Position numbers and translations under genes: made by a program | Assembly (NCBI GenBank): GCA_964016885.1 | Contig: OZ024742.1 | Location: 53,196,001-53,260,000 of the forward strand | Length of the DNA: 64,000 nt | From: Eledone cirrhosa | Lineage: Eukaryota | Direction: 5' to 3' | Part shown: piece after piece, positions 31,434 through 46,869 of the stretch | Numbering within the stretch: position 1 is the stretch's first letter | Layout of the letters: the number at the start of each line of letters is the position of its first letter | The notes under the pieces: model-generated | What the model was told of the DNA's origin: nothing | Database searches by the model: none | What the model saw: only the letters and a program-made list of their open reading frames with translations

Positions 31434-31435
<2 letters not shown>
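31266..31435. mobile_element. Tc1/mariner-pogo-type MITE
   Basis: TIRs CTGTATTTCCCGGCGTCGAAGACG / CGTCTTCGGCGCCGGGAAATACGG with TA on both sides. Confidence 0.8.
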
Positions 31436-31475
<40 letters not shown>

Positions 31476-31888
31476 ATTTATTTTGTCTGACCTGTTTAGC
31501 TTGACTTGTTTTTTGGCATAGGTGGTTATTGGCTTCTTGACCGCCTTCTCAGTTTGTATGGCCCTTATAACCTATGTTTATTTCTCTGGTCTTTTTAGTC
31601 CATGTAGCGCTTGCCAGCATGACTCGGAATTTGCGTTAAGTTTCGCTTCTTCTAGCCGCCGAAATGCGATTCTCGGTGAATTTATATTTGTATATATATA
31701 TATATATATAGACTTGTCAACTCTTCCCGTTCGACAGAGTGATCTCCCGCCCACTTTGGGGTGGGTGAGAGATGTCTTCTTTTGCGAAAATGGGGATAGC
31801 GTTCATTATGTAAGATCTCTTAATTTTGTTTAATTTCTCCCCGATTTGGGCACTTTTTTCATGGTATTCCCGTTTGGGTTTTTAGAGG

Positions 31889-31975
<87 letters not shown>

Positions 31976-32996
31976 CATTGTGTGTGAGGTGCCAGTAGTA
32001 ATCCGTACATATACAAGAGGAACTACAAATGCAAAGACACTCGGTAATATTTCTATTACATCTACTCAAAGAAAACATCAGAAGCTTTTTAAACATTACA
32101 AACATTTAAAGTCATTCTCTCTTAATATCCTGTGTTAACTGGGAACAGACTGGAGCAACGTGAAATGAAGTGTCTTGTTCAGGTGACACAACGCGCCGCC
32201 GAGAATCAGACCTACGGTCTTTAAATGGGGTGGGGTGGGGGGTGGGGGACACCCTAATCACTAAACCACGGATCTTCTCAAATTTGACTATAGCAGCGTA
32301 GAATTTAAGGCGCAGAAATATATACTTTTCTACTGGCTTCACTGAGACTCCGTTCTCAAGTTGTTTTTAGTCGAGAATTGAACTCATGTCCCTCGCTTGT
32401 GAACCGAACATCGTAACCACTAAGACGCATCTTCACTAGTATCCTATAATAGTTAGTATTTAGAATTTATGAAGACTTGAATAAAGAATATATAGGTTGT
32501 AAGGATCAACTATCGATCGACACAGCATCGATGGACGATCGTGAGAAAAGAAAGAAAAGAAAAAGGCATGAATAAATGAAAGTCATGTCCAGTAAATACA
32601 TTTTTATTGATTGGTTTTAGAAAGAAGGATTATATATATCAACTTTTCTGGTTCTAGACTACTGTGAGATAAAGATAACTGTGTAGAGTGTGTGTGGTTA
32701 ATGTACTAGTAAGTAATGTGGTAGTGATAGTGATTTACCCCCCCCCCCCCACACACACACACACACGTACATACATACACACGTACACATACCCCCCCCC
32801 CCCCCACACATACATACATACACATGCACACATACCCCCCCCACACACACAAACAAACAACCACACACACACATATACTCACTCACACACACATATTTCA
32901 TTTCTGTCATATCCCATCGAAGTAATTAATGGAAAACACCAAACTGAAAGCAACCATTACCCAGCCGACGAAATATAATTACTCAGCTATAATAAT

Positions 32997-33183
32997 GATT
33001 TCTACTATAGACACAAGGCCAACAATTATCTCAGTGTATTACTGGTACTTTATTTTATCGACCTCGTAAGGATGAAAGGCAAAGTTAACCTCGGCGGGAT
33101 TTGAACCTAGACCATAAAGGGCCGTAACTCTATGCTGCAAAGCATGGCGTCAGACCCCCTACCGATACTGCCAATCCACCGCC
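32997..33183 (-). mobile_element. tRNA-derived SINE
   Basis: Full-length; flanking repeat CAGCTATAATAAT. Confidence 0.85.
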
Positions 33184-33739
33184 ATAATAATACAGCTATA
33201 ATAATACAATTAATTAATTGTCCAAAACTAACCATTTAATATAAATAGGTAGATACAAAGCAGGCTTTGTTTAGAAACGGCTAGTGAATTTGAAAATTAG
33301 GTTGTAACATGGGCTTACGCTGTATTTGACTAAATAGAATTAATCTGTTAGTTGACCAGGTAACACATTGGTCCGGCAAACCAAATATGTGGGTTCGTAT
33401 CCCATGTACGTCAATACACATCCTTTTTCCATTCAGAGGGTTTTTTTTAAAATCCCAGGTAACAGACACATTCTATTTACTGAAATACGGCATAACCACA
33501 TGTTACTACCTAATTAACCATTTAATATTATATCAAATCCATACTAACAAACTTAACAGGGTAAATAATATTTATGGTATGGTCCCGTAACCCCTGGGGG
33601 AGTCGTAGTGACGCCGTATTGACATATGGCGTGATTCGGGCATTTAAAGCCTGACGGAGCCTATCCCGTTCCAGGCCTGAGTACATTAGATTTCTTCCAG
33701 AGAAAAATATAAAGTAAGAGAGAGGAAATGAGAAAAATC

Positions 33740-33841
33740 GAAAGGCAAAGTTGACCGCGGCGGGATTTGAACTCAGAGAGCCAGAACGAATACCATAAAG
33801 CATTCTATTCGACGTTCCAACGACTCTGCCAATTCGCCGCC
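33740..33841 (-). mobile_element. SINE 5' half
   Basis: A/B boxes and AACTTTGCCTTT; 3' truncated. Confidence 0.7.
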
Positions 33842-34070
33842 TATACCCTCTACATTAAAAATACTTTAAAAATGAAAAAAAAAACCAACCCTCTTTCAAT
33901 TAAAACCTTAACTATATTAAGACTACACTAATTAATCCAAGAAATGGTCAAGATGCAGGCTAAAAATAAAAAAAATTCTTCAACAAGCTTCTAGATATAT
34001 TTCTCAAATTAAATATATACTTCTCACATGTGTCAAAAATAACTTGTTTCCTCCTCAATTTGACTATCAA

Positions 34071-36318
<2,248 letters not shown>

Positions 36319-36344
36319 ATATATATTATATATATATACATATT

Positions 36345-36457
<113 letters not shown>

Positions 36458-36696
36458 ATATATAATATATATATATATATATATTTCGTTTCTGAATTTG
36501 TTTAGCAAGATTCTTTATCTGAAAACGTGTGTTGAAACCGATATTGTTATGCTCTGGGAGGGTCATGTTGCCAATAAGAAACACACGCACCAGTTGCTTT
36601 CACTTCAATTTATTATAAATTAAATTTATAAATTTAAGAATTTATAAATTTCCGGTTGGTTGGTTGGTTCCATAACCGGACAGTTGTTCATATATT

Positions 36697-36739
36697 GTCA
36701 AAGTTCTTTCGTCACATATTCTGTGACCTCTTCAGTGAC
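36697..36739 (-). ncRNA. Minimal hammerhead ribozyme downstream of the second GIY-YIG ORF
   Basis: GTCA-CTGAAGAG-GTCAC-AGAATAT-GTGAC-GAAA-GAAC-TT-TGAC. Confidence 0.55.
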
Positions 36740-36938
36740 TGGGGATTCTTTTCTTTGTTGTTGTGCCTCTCCTTTGTTCTGTCCTACGCCATCTTGTTTT
36801 TGTGTGTGTTGCGTGCTTAGTTTGCACATGTGTTACATCCGGGTGTCTGTGTGTGTTTATATTTGTTTATTTATTTGTTTATTTACATGTTACTGGTTGG
36901 TTGTTTGTTCAATGTGTGTGTGCGTTTTCATTTTGTCC

Positions 36939-37330
36939 TTAATTGTAAGTTGTGATGTTGCTATTCCATTCATGTTTTCTATTTAATTTTGGTTGGAGTT
37001 CATTTATGTTTATTGCCTCTGTGATTTGTCTAAACATTGTGTCTTTTCTGTGTGTAGATTCTATTTTTATTTCTATGTTCTCTAATTTGCCCTTATTTTC
37101 TATTTTAGCATGTTGGTGGAGTATTGATTCTTTTTTATCTTGAAGTTCTCGCCAGTGTTCATTTAACCGTTCTCCTATACTACGAGCTGTCTCACCTATG
37201 TACACTATATTCTTATCTTTACATTGTCCTTCAGTACATCTTATGCTATATACTACATTTCTAGTTTTACAGTTAATATGGAGGCTTAGTTTACAGATTA
37301 TGCATTTATTATCTATACATACTTTTTGAT
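36939..37330 (-). CDS. Second Penelope-like GIY-YIG endonuclease fragment
   Basis: CIIC..C..NVVYSIRC..C..VYIGETAR..ERLNEH..RQITEAI..PKLNRKHEW; 5' end cut by the adjacent Helitron-like repeat. Confidence 0.78.
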
Positions 37331-37801
37331 CCCCTAGGACCCGCATTAGGTAAAAAACTGCGTTTAAAAGCTTTTTAGGGTTTTTTTGAGGCGTTACGTC
37401 AGATCAATTTCCTTGAAATTATAACTATGTATTAGTCAGTCTCTTCTTCATACCGTAAGCAAAGAAAATCCAACTTTCTTATGGCCTAGGGTTCGCATTA
37501 GGTGAAAAACTTTTTTCAGCTTCTTAGGGCTTTTTGGAGGTGTTACGTCTAGCCGATTTTCCCGAAATTTCAAGCTATATTATGCACATAAAAAAATTAT
37601 TTTCTTGATCACCCTAGGGCCTGCATTAGGTGAAAACCTGCATTTTTCCTGCTTCATCGAGGAAAATCTTAAAGATTATCCAGCCATCAGAGTATTTGGT
37701 TTATTTTCTTTACATATTGTCCAGGATTGCAGTTTTTAGGTCTATTGGCGGCTCGCGTTCCAAAATACCTTATCCCGTGCAACGCCGGGTACCACTGCTG
37801 G
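37331..37801 (+). mobile_element. Helitron-like 3' fragment with three internal tandem units (about 130-155 bp)
   Basis: CCTAGGG..GCATTAGGTGAAAA repeats at about 37332, 37486 and 37612; hairpin CCCG..CGGG, then CTGG|T. Confidence 0.55.
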
Positions 37802-37806
37802 TATAT

Positions 37807-37879
<73 letters not shown>

Positions 37880-38059
37880 GTAAATGAAATAATTATCTTA
37901 TGTTGTTTATTACATAACTAATAAGCTCTGTAACCTACATAGAGCACTCTTTTTTCCTGTACCTTTCCGACGGAATTACTTCATATATTATATATATATA
38001 TATATATATATTATACAATGATATGAAATAAATGGAAACTATATTTATAAAACCATATT

Positions 38060-38123
38060 TATTTTATTATATATATTTCAAGGGCAACCAAGACAACATT
38101 GGTACGCCTTCATCAGATAAATA
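38060..38123 (-). ncRNA. Family A hammerhead (inverted arm 38015-38130)
   Basis: CTGATGA-AGGCGTACC..GGTTGCCCTT-GAAA-TATATA-TA-ATAAAATA on the minus strand. Confidence 0.65.
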
Positions 38124-38307
38124 CAAAGTTTTTTCCGTATCTTCCCAATTTAAAATATATAAATATAAATATTCTTATTAACTCAGTTAACTTAATTTAA
38201 TTTAACTCAATATTTACTTACATTAAATATAAACCAATATCCCTCATTAAAACAATTATCTATAACACGATATACCCATCTATCCATTTATCTATCTATT
38301 TATCTAT

Positions 38308-39690
38308 TTAACTGGAACGAGGTCACGGCCAAGGTGTTTGCACTCACCCAGAAGTGGGCAGAGTGCAAACTGTCCTTGAAAGGTCGAGCGGAGGTGGCGA
38401 ACACTTTCATAGCGTCCGTCATCTACTACCGCTTGACTGTCGTGCCTTGTCCCCGTGAACTCCTCGCCAAGATGGAACGCATGCTCTTCCAGTTTCTGTG
38501 GAAGTAGCAGGCTCCGCTGGTGAGGAGATCCATCTGCTGTCAGCACCCTTCCAACGGAGGGCTGGGAATGCCCTGGATGATGATGCGCAAATATGCGCTG
38601 AGGCTGAGGCATCTCCAGGTATTCCTCACCGACCCCCAACCGGTGTGGGCAACGTTTGTGAGACAGGCTTTCCCACAGCCCGTCTCGCTGACGGAGCTGC
38701 AGTCCTGGGTGAAGAAAAGACCGAAAACGATGGGCGCCTGGCACATTGAATGCGCTCAGGCGCTCACAGTCCTCTGGCAAGCGGGCACAGCAATCAGTGG
38801 AAATTCCACTTCGACATTCTATAGCGGGATTGTACGTTACAAGGGCGACGACGTGCTCGGATAGACTCTGGGCGTCGAAGACGATGAGCTTACCAGTCTG
38901 TTTGGTAGGACTTTCCGCCCGGGACCTATGGACAACTTCCAGAGGTCCCTGGCCTGGTAGTGCTATCGAGGAGCTCTACCGGTTCGTGACAAGATCTACA
39001 GGCATGGACGCCCCGGCAGGGATCCTTCCAAGAGGACGTGTCCAAGATGCGCGCAGGACATTGAAACAGTCCTGCACGTAATTGTACACTGCCCGGGCGT
39101 AACCGACTTGTGGAACTATGCAGAACAACTGCTGTCGCGTATGGGACAAATCCAGTTGACTGCCGAGTCCATAGTAAGGATCAAACCGCCAGCCTCTTTC
39201 AAAAACGAAAGAGAGGCGGTTTTCCTCTCTATAGTGGCTATGGTGAAAGAAGTTATATGGTGGACGAGATTGAGAGGACTGAGGGCAGACGCCGTTCTCT
39301 CCGGACAACAATTGATTCCCTTCTTTAAGTATCACTTTGCAATGAGAATCAGGGTGGAGAGAGAGGCACTGCACCCCAGTAAATTTACTGAAAGGTGGGT
39401 AAATGAAGCGAAGATGGCCCGAGTGATTGGGCCTTCTCTGTTTATAAGCCTGTAGGTTGAGGAAGAGAGCAAAAGGAAGAAAGGAGCATTTGCACAACAC
39501 GCTCCTGGAGTTGAGGGTTGTTCTATCGACGGGGTATTAAACAACCCATTTGTGGCGCCTCCCCCCTATTAGGGATTTCGATTGTTGTAATTGTTTGCTT
39601 TTATATTTTTTACACGACTGTATGTAAAATCCCCTGCATGTCTTTGTATTGTCCTCTTTTCTTGTGCGCCCTTGTGGCTAATAAAGAAAT
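38308..39690 (+). mobile_element. 5'-truncated Tx1-like LINE
   Basis: Homologous to 20645-21740 (NWNEVT..KLSLKGRAEV..RRSICCQHP..CPRC..H..HC); 3' end AATAAAGAAAT. Confidence 0.88.
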
Positions 39691-40093
39691 ATATCTACTT
39701 ATTGATTTATTTTACTTTTCTATTTATTTTTCTATCTATCTATTCTTCTATCTATTTATTTTTCCATATATTTTTCTATCTAATTTTATATATATTTATT
39801 TTTCTATATATATCTATTTATTTTTCTCGCTACTTATAACAGTAAATATTATATTAGAAATGAATTTTAACAACTAAATAATCGTAAATATACGTACCAT
39901 TAGTAGGTATATACTTAAAATTTATTCCCCCATATTAATGTTACATGAGTTCTATTCATCCTCTTGTTAATTTCTTCTCTCTATCTCTCTTGTAATATTA
40001 TTATTTTCATACCTTATCAGTTGGATATTCTCTGGATCCAACCGATAAGGTATGATTTTCATGGGTACGTCTCTATTTATAAAACAAAATTTG

Positions 40094-40158
40094 TATTTTA
40101 TCTGATGAAAGCGTACCAATGTTGTCTTGGTTTCCCTTGAAATATATATAATAAAATA
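40094..40158 (+). ncRNA. Family A hammerhead (element end 40007-40295)
   Basis: TATTTTAT-CTGATGA-AAGCGTACC..GGTTTCCCTT-GAAA-TATATA-TA-ATAAAATA. Confidence 0.7.
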
Positions 40159-40519
40159 AATATGGTTTTATAAATATATTTTCCATTTATTTAATATCAT
40201 TGAATATTTACTCCAGTAAACTGTTGAGTGCTCTAAATCAGTTATAAACATTTATGTTTGTCGAACTTCCAACAAATTAAATACAACTTCTACTTATATA
40301 TATTATATATTGCGTATAGGAGTTCCCATGGGCAGCCGGTCTTGAACTCCTCTGTTATAGTCTGAAGGGCAATAATAAATAAGAGGGGCTAAGGACAGAG
40401 CTTGATGAACGCCAACTTTTACACTAAATTCTTCACAATATTCATTGTTAATTCTAACGTTACTGACTGTTTTATTATATATAGCTTATATAGCTCTCAC
40501 AAGCCATTCATCTACACCT

Positions 40520-42052
40520 ATGAATGGCCTGTGAGAGCTATACAAGCGATGTATAATGAAACAGTCAGTAAGGTTAGAATTAACAATGAATATTGTGAAG
40601 AATTTAGTGTAAAAGTTGGCGTTCATCAAGGCTCTGTCCTTAGCCCCCTCTTATTTATTATTGCCCTTCAGGCTATAACAGAGGAGTTCAAACCGGCTGC
40701 CCATGGGAACTCCTATACGCAGATGATCTAACGCTCATAGCTGAATCAATGGCTGAACTAGAGAAGAAATTCGAAACATGGAAGCATGCCTAGAATCAAA
40801 AGGCCTTAAAGTTAACTTGTTTAAGACTAAAGTTCTAGTTTGTAGAAAGGAAAATAGGGCACAGGTGCCCCCAGGGAAATGGCCATGCTCAGTGTGTAGG
40901 AAAGGAGTAGGCAGAAATTCCATTTTATGTCCCAAATGCAAAGTATAGGTACATAAATGATGTAGTGGGATCATAGGTAAACTATCTAAGAACGTAGACT
41001 TTATATGTGGCCAATGCTCAAGTGCAATAAGTAGCAAGTGTCCACAGAATACTAGCTCCTTCCATTACCCAGATGGTTCTATAGAAATAGTAGACACTTT
41101 CCGTTACCTGGGTGACGAAATCAGCAGTGGTGGAGGGTGTTCTAAAAGTACAGTAGCCAGAGTCAGAACGGGATGGAAAAAGTTCAGAGAGCTTATACCG
41201 CTGTTGGCCACAAAAGGTTTCTCTCTAAAAATGAAAAGCAGATTGTATGATGCCTGTATACGAACAGCAATGCTACATGACAGTGAGACATGGGCATTAC
41301 GTGCAGAGGACCTGTGTAGACTGGAAAGGAACGAAGTATGCATGCTCCGTTGGATGTGTAATAGTAATATACATGAACGGCAAAGCATAAATGAACTAAG
41401 TGAGAAATTAGGAATAAGAGGGATCAGATGCTGTTTACTTGAGAGAAGATTACGTTGGTATGGTCACGTGATGCGCATGAAAGACGACAGCTGCATATAA
41501 AAGTGCAGGGCGATCAAAATTGATGGTAGTTACGGAGTAGGTAGACACAGAAAAACCTGGGATGATCTGATAAATTCCGACCTCACACACTTACATCTCT
41601 CTAAGACAATGTCTCTGGACCGAGATCTTTGGCGCTACGCAGTAATACAGAAGACCCGCTTTGCCTATATACAAAGCGAAACCTACAGTCAGTAGGCACC
41701 CCTTAACCAAATATACACCCCAATCTACTACCCCTACCCTATCCTCCCACTCCCACCAACAGCACGAGAAAATGAGATCGAGTTCGTGTAGGTGTCACGA
41801 CAAAAAAAAACACACACACACAGTCCACGCTGTAATGTGGTTGTGTAGGTAACACGGTAAAAAGTTCCCAGTTCCACACTGTAAATGTGGTTGGTGTTAG
41901 GAAGTGCATCCAGCCGTAGAAAACCTGCCAGATAGTCCTATATGAGTGGGACACGGTCACCCGACAAGCCTTGCCACAAGTGGGACAACTTCCGTCTAAC
42001 CCATGCTAGCGTGGAAAATGGACGTTAAACGAAGATGATGATGATGATGATG
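40520..42052 (+). mobile_element. RTE/RTEX-type LINE 3' portion with Cys-rich insert and long 3'UTR
   Basis: VGVHQGSVLSPLLF, WELLYADDL, GKWPCSVCRKGVGRNSILC, SETW, RRLRWYGHV; (GAT)n tail. Confidence 0.82.
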
Positions 42053-42091
42053 ATATATATATATATATATTATATATATGTATATATATAT

Positions 42092-42226
42092 AATAGAATT
42101 AGCCGTCGAAACGGCTTGAGCTCAGCCGTCGGGGTCTTACTTGTTCCTATTACCCACTCTACTACCCTAAGTATTGAGTTCTTTGGTGCGTTATGGTCCA
42201 CCTGGTTCCTTACCACATTTCCTTCG

Positions 42227-42229
<3 letters not shown>
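42092..42229 (+). mobile_element. Family D mini-element (half-hammerhead)
   Basis: Begins TAGCCGTC-GAAA-CGGC..GCCG-TC-GGGGTC; homologous to 13890-14020; lies in (TA)n. Confidence 0.7.
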
Positions 42230-42259
<30 letters not shown>

Positions 42260-42265
<6 letters not shown>

Positions 42266-45200
42266 GGGTATGACATTAAACTACATCCAGTGGCAAGGCT
42301 CCAGTTCGGGAGTTCAGGAGCTGTGGGGAATGTGGAGTTACCCTTAGTTGTAATAACTCCCAGGTCTGCTCTGGCCCGGAGTAGTAGTACCTGTTAGGGC
42401 CCCATTTATGGGTTAAATAACTACCTTATTCGAGTGGCGCCGGTAAGGTATTGTCAGCCATTGAAAAGAAATATGGAGAATCGATCCAACAGCACTAGGG
42501 TTAGAGCCCCTAATTACACTGTCAAGGAGCAGTCTGGTCGTTATGATTCTGCTGGCTTAGGGCCACAGAGAGGGCCAGTGGATGATGTATCAGCTGTCTC
42601 TGAGACAAATATAAAGAATGCAGTTTTGTCCTGCAGAAGAGCCATCAAAATGGGCACTTTGACTGTGAGGACTATTCGGACGCTGGAGAAGAGAGAGGAG
42701 TTGGGACATCTGTTCGAGGAGAGCGTTATACAGATACTTACGATACAAGAACACAGGATCCTACACGATGAGCCCGTGAGGAGTGTGATGATTGGGAAGA
42801 GGAGCCGGCTCATCACCACATCGGCAGTGAGGAACATGACCAATGCTGCAGTGGGAGGAGTGGGTTTTGTTTTCAGCACAAAAACCAGTCAATTGGTGAG
42901 GGAAATAATACCTGTCTCCCCGCGAGTGTTGAGGGTGACCTTCAATGGAAACCCAAGACTGAGAGTCATCTCAGCCTATAGTCCAACCGAGGGAGACAGT
43001 GATGTAAGTGCGGATGAGTTCCATGGGGAGGTGTGTGGGGCTGCCGACACCACTCAAGCACACAACATCCTGCTTCTTTTGGGGGACTTCAATGCACATC
43101 TGAGTAAGGAGGGCAGTGAAGATCCTTGCTGGTACTTCCATAGCAACACCAACCGAAATGGAAGATTACTGAGAGACACCCTGCTGGAGGCGAACTTGAT
43201 AGCGACCAACCTAAAGTTTAGGGAGAATCCGGGGGGAGATGTGGACCTACATCTCAGATATGCACCTGTCCAATTCCCAGATTGATTTCATTCTGGTGAG
43301 GAAAAGTGGCGGAATAGTGTTCTGAACACAGAACCATACAACTATTTCAGTACACTGGGTAGTGACCACCGGCTTGTTATGAGTGAGGTCCGGGTGAGCT
43401 TAAGAAAAAGCAAGGTTCAGCCCCGGAGAGCAATCTATGACTGGGGAGCTTTCAAGGAAGATAAGCTATAGGAGAGGTTCACAGTGGAAGTGAGGAACAG
43501 GTTCAGTGCTCTGTGTGGAGAGACAGAAGAGAGAGAGAGAGAGAGATTTGATGGACTGAGGAGAGTGTGACGAGGAGGTACGGGCACTTCACCAATGCAG
43601 TGGCGGAAGCAAGTGAAACCATGGTGCCGAGGAAAAAGAACAAAAGGAAGCACGTTAGCTCTGCAAACCCAAAAGTGTGTGCAGCCAGAGAACACCTGAA
43701 AGCTGCCAAGGACGAATTCTATGCTGATCCTACGGAGGAGAGGATGGAGAGTGTGGAGGTGATGAGGGAAGAACTCTGTGCCGCTTTCACTGAGGCCAGA
43801 GAGGAGGCACTGATAGAGAAGATCAGAAGTGTGGAGAGAGCGGTTGACAGATTTGGATGTAAGGAAAGCTGGATGATCATCGGCGAGATCACATGGAGGA
43901 AGAGGTGTTCAAGTCGAATCCAGGGAACGGGGCCCGAGGATAGGAAGAGGAAATGGCTAGACCATTTTAGGACCCTACTAGGAGAGCCACCCTTCACAGC
44001 CCAGAGCACTGGGGAGATCAGGCGGCTGTTTGAGGAACTGGATATTGAGACAGAGCCCTTCACCAGAGAGGAGCTTCAGAGAGCCAAGAGGAGGATCAAG
44101 GAGGGCAAGGCTCATGGAGAAGGTGGAGTGGCATCAGAGGTGACGAAGAGATGTGATTTTGATGATATCATCCTGGGGTTCTGTAACCAGGCACTGGAGA
44201 AAGGAGTTGCCCCGAATCAGTGGAGGATCAGTAACATCGTCCCAGTGCCAAAGAAGGGAGATCTCTCTAACACCAACAACTACCGGGGGATCTCACTGAC
44301 GACACTTGTGGCAAAGACCCCCCGCAGGATGATTCTTAACAAGATCCAGCCTGATATGGAGAAGAAGCTCAGGGACAACCAGAACGGCTTCAGAGAGGGA
44401 AGATCAACAACCAGTCACATCCTGATGCTGAGGAGGATATTAGAGGGAACTAGAGCAAAGTGCCTACCTGCGGTCATGGTTTTCATTGACTTTAGGAAGG
44501 CTTTTGATTCTGTGGACCGTCACTGCTTGATGAAGATCTTACAGGCTTATGGAATCCCCAAGAAGACAGTGGACCTGATATCACTGCTCTACACCAACAC
44601 CAAAGTCCAAGTCATTACACCTAATAGGATGACAGAGTTCTTTGAGATACTGGCTGGAGTGCTCCAGGGAGATACATTGGCTCCCTACCTTTTTATCATC
44701 GTAGTGGACTATTGTATGCGCCTTGCACTGGAGAAACACCAGGACTCTGGCTTTACTGTAGCACCGATTCAGAGCAGGAGAGTTAAGGCGAAAAAGGTAT
44801 CAGATGCTGAATTTGCCGACGACATAGTTTTGGTGACAAATACAGTGAAGGAGGCAGAGGATTTGATGCGGGAGGTTGAGACTGTGTCGATGAGTGTGGG
44901 GCTGAGAATGAATGAGACTAAAACAAAATATCTGGTAGAGAATGTTGAGAAGCCAGAGGAGATCACTAATGTAGACAGGAAGCCGCTAGAATTGGTTGAA
45001 GACTTCCTGTATTTGGTAGCAAAGATTGGGAATACGGAAGATGATGTGATTGAGAAGAAGAGCAAAGCCTGGGCGGCGTGCCACGGCTTGAGATCGGTGT
45101 GGAAGTCGGACCTTCGTAAAGACCTGAAAATCGCCTCTTCATTGCTGTAGCGGAGTCTGTGCTGCTGTATGGGTCTGAGACTTGGACACTGACCAAGAAA

Positions 45201-45520
45201 CTCACTCAGATGGTGGATGGGTGCTACACGAGAATGCTGAGGACATTATTCAGTACACACTGAGGATGAAAAACTCAGAGCTCTATGGGAGCCTCCCAAA
45301 AGTCAGCTCAAAAGTGACACACAGGAGACTGACGTTAGCTGGACATGCTCACCGACATCCAGAGTTAACATTGCACCCAGTGCTCCTGTGGGAGCCCCTA
45401 CATGGACACACTGCAGGAGGAAGACCAAGGTTAACGTATGTTGATGCCCTAAGGACAGACACTGGTCTGGTGGAGACGCAGGACATCGCAGCGATAATGA
45501 GGGACAGAAGTCGTCCATGG
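42260..45520 (+). mobile_element. Near full-length single-ORF RTE-clade LINE (few disruptions)
   Basis: APE (IQEHR, GGVGF, AYSPT, LLGDFNA, SDH), RT (NYRGISL, FIDFRKAFDSV, GVLQGDTLAP, FADD), LLYGSETW; ORF pieces 42434-43285 and 43567-45150. Confidence 0.9.
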
Positions 45521-45539
45521 ATCTCGGGAATTTTACCCG

Positions 45540-45645
<106 letters not shown>

Positions 45646-45769
45646 TACTTCAAAATATTAATAAATATAGACATTCATGTGATCAAATATATTTTATTAT
45701 ATATATTTCTTGGCTTGCCAAGACTGGAATCGAACCATCAGCACAGTTGAGGTATGTCAGACATCAATT

Positions 45770-45841
45770 TATTTTATCTGATGAGGAGGTACTGATGAAA
45801 TAGGTCAGTACTCGTACCTCTGAAATATGTATAATAAAATA
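45770..45841 (+). ncRNA. Type I hammerhead (family B)
   Basis: TATTTTAT-CTGATGA-GGAGGTAC..GTACCTCT-GAAA-TATGTA-TA-ATAAAATA. Confidence 0.75.
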
Positions 45842-46019
45842 TATTTGATCACATGAATGTCTATATTTATTAATATTTTGAAGTAATATTAATAACTCCA
45901 GAAAACCTCTTTGTTGAGTGCTTCTAATCTATTGTAAAACTTTATTCATTGATTAATCAATCAACCTCGTTAAACCTTTGGTCATATATAAATATATATA
46001 TATATGTCAAGCATCAACT

Positions 46020-46085
46020 TATTTTATCTGATGAGGACGTACTGTTGAAATAGCTCAATACCTCTGAAATATGTATAATAAAATA
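46020..46085 (+). ncRNA. Type I hammerhead (family B, tandem copy)
   Basis: TATTTTAT-CTGATGA-GGACGTA..TACCTCT-GAAA-TATGTA-TA-ATAAAATA. Confidence 0.68.
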
Positions 46086-46130
46086 TACTTGATCACATGA
46101 ATGTCTATATTAATATTTTGAATTAATATA

Positions 46131-46253
<123 letters not shown>

Positions 46254-46529
46254 CAGTTGAAATTCCGGTAACAATGGAAAAGCAAGGTTTTTTAAAAAAA
46301 GAATCGCACGGCATATGGCTAGAAACATGGCACCGGTAGATGATCGGTAAAATGTACGTATCGATAGTGTGTGGGTGTATAGGTGTGAAAGAATTGTCGG
46401 AACATGAGAAAATATTAAGGAAGAAGGATAAAGTGTTTGAAATATCTGATGAAATGATGTCAGCAGTGCATGAATAATTGGAGAGAATAGGAGTTATAAT
46501 AGAGCTGGAAATAGATAGAGATAGATATA

Positions 46530-46591
<62 letters not shown>

Positions 46592-46837
46592 TAGTTAGAC
46601 ATAGATAGATAGATAGGTAGGTACAGAAATTAAAAGAACTGGAGGTATAGAGAGAAGGGGGTCGGTGGAGGCAATAAAAAAAGTGACAGAAGTGTGCTGA
46701 AATGGATGAGAACGAAAGATGGATTGAAAAGAGTAATAGAAGTAAGGAGACTGGGAAGAGCAACAGGGGAGAAAGAAATATACAGAGATGGGTTTAGGGG
46801 GAGATAATGCAACATAATATATGAGAAATGCAGTATA

Positions 46838-46868
<31 letters not shown>

Positions 46869-46869
<1 letters not shown>

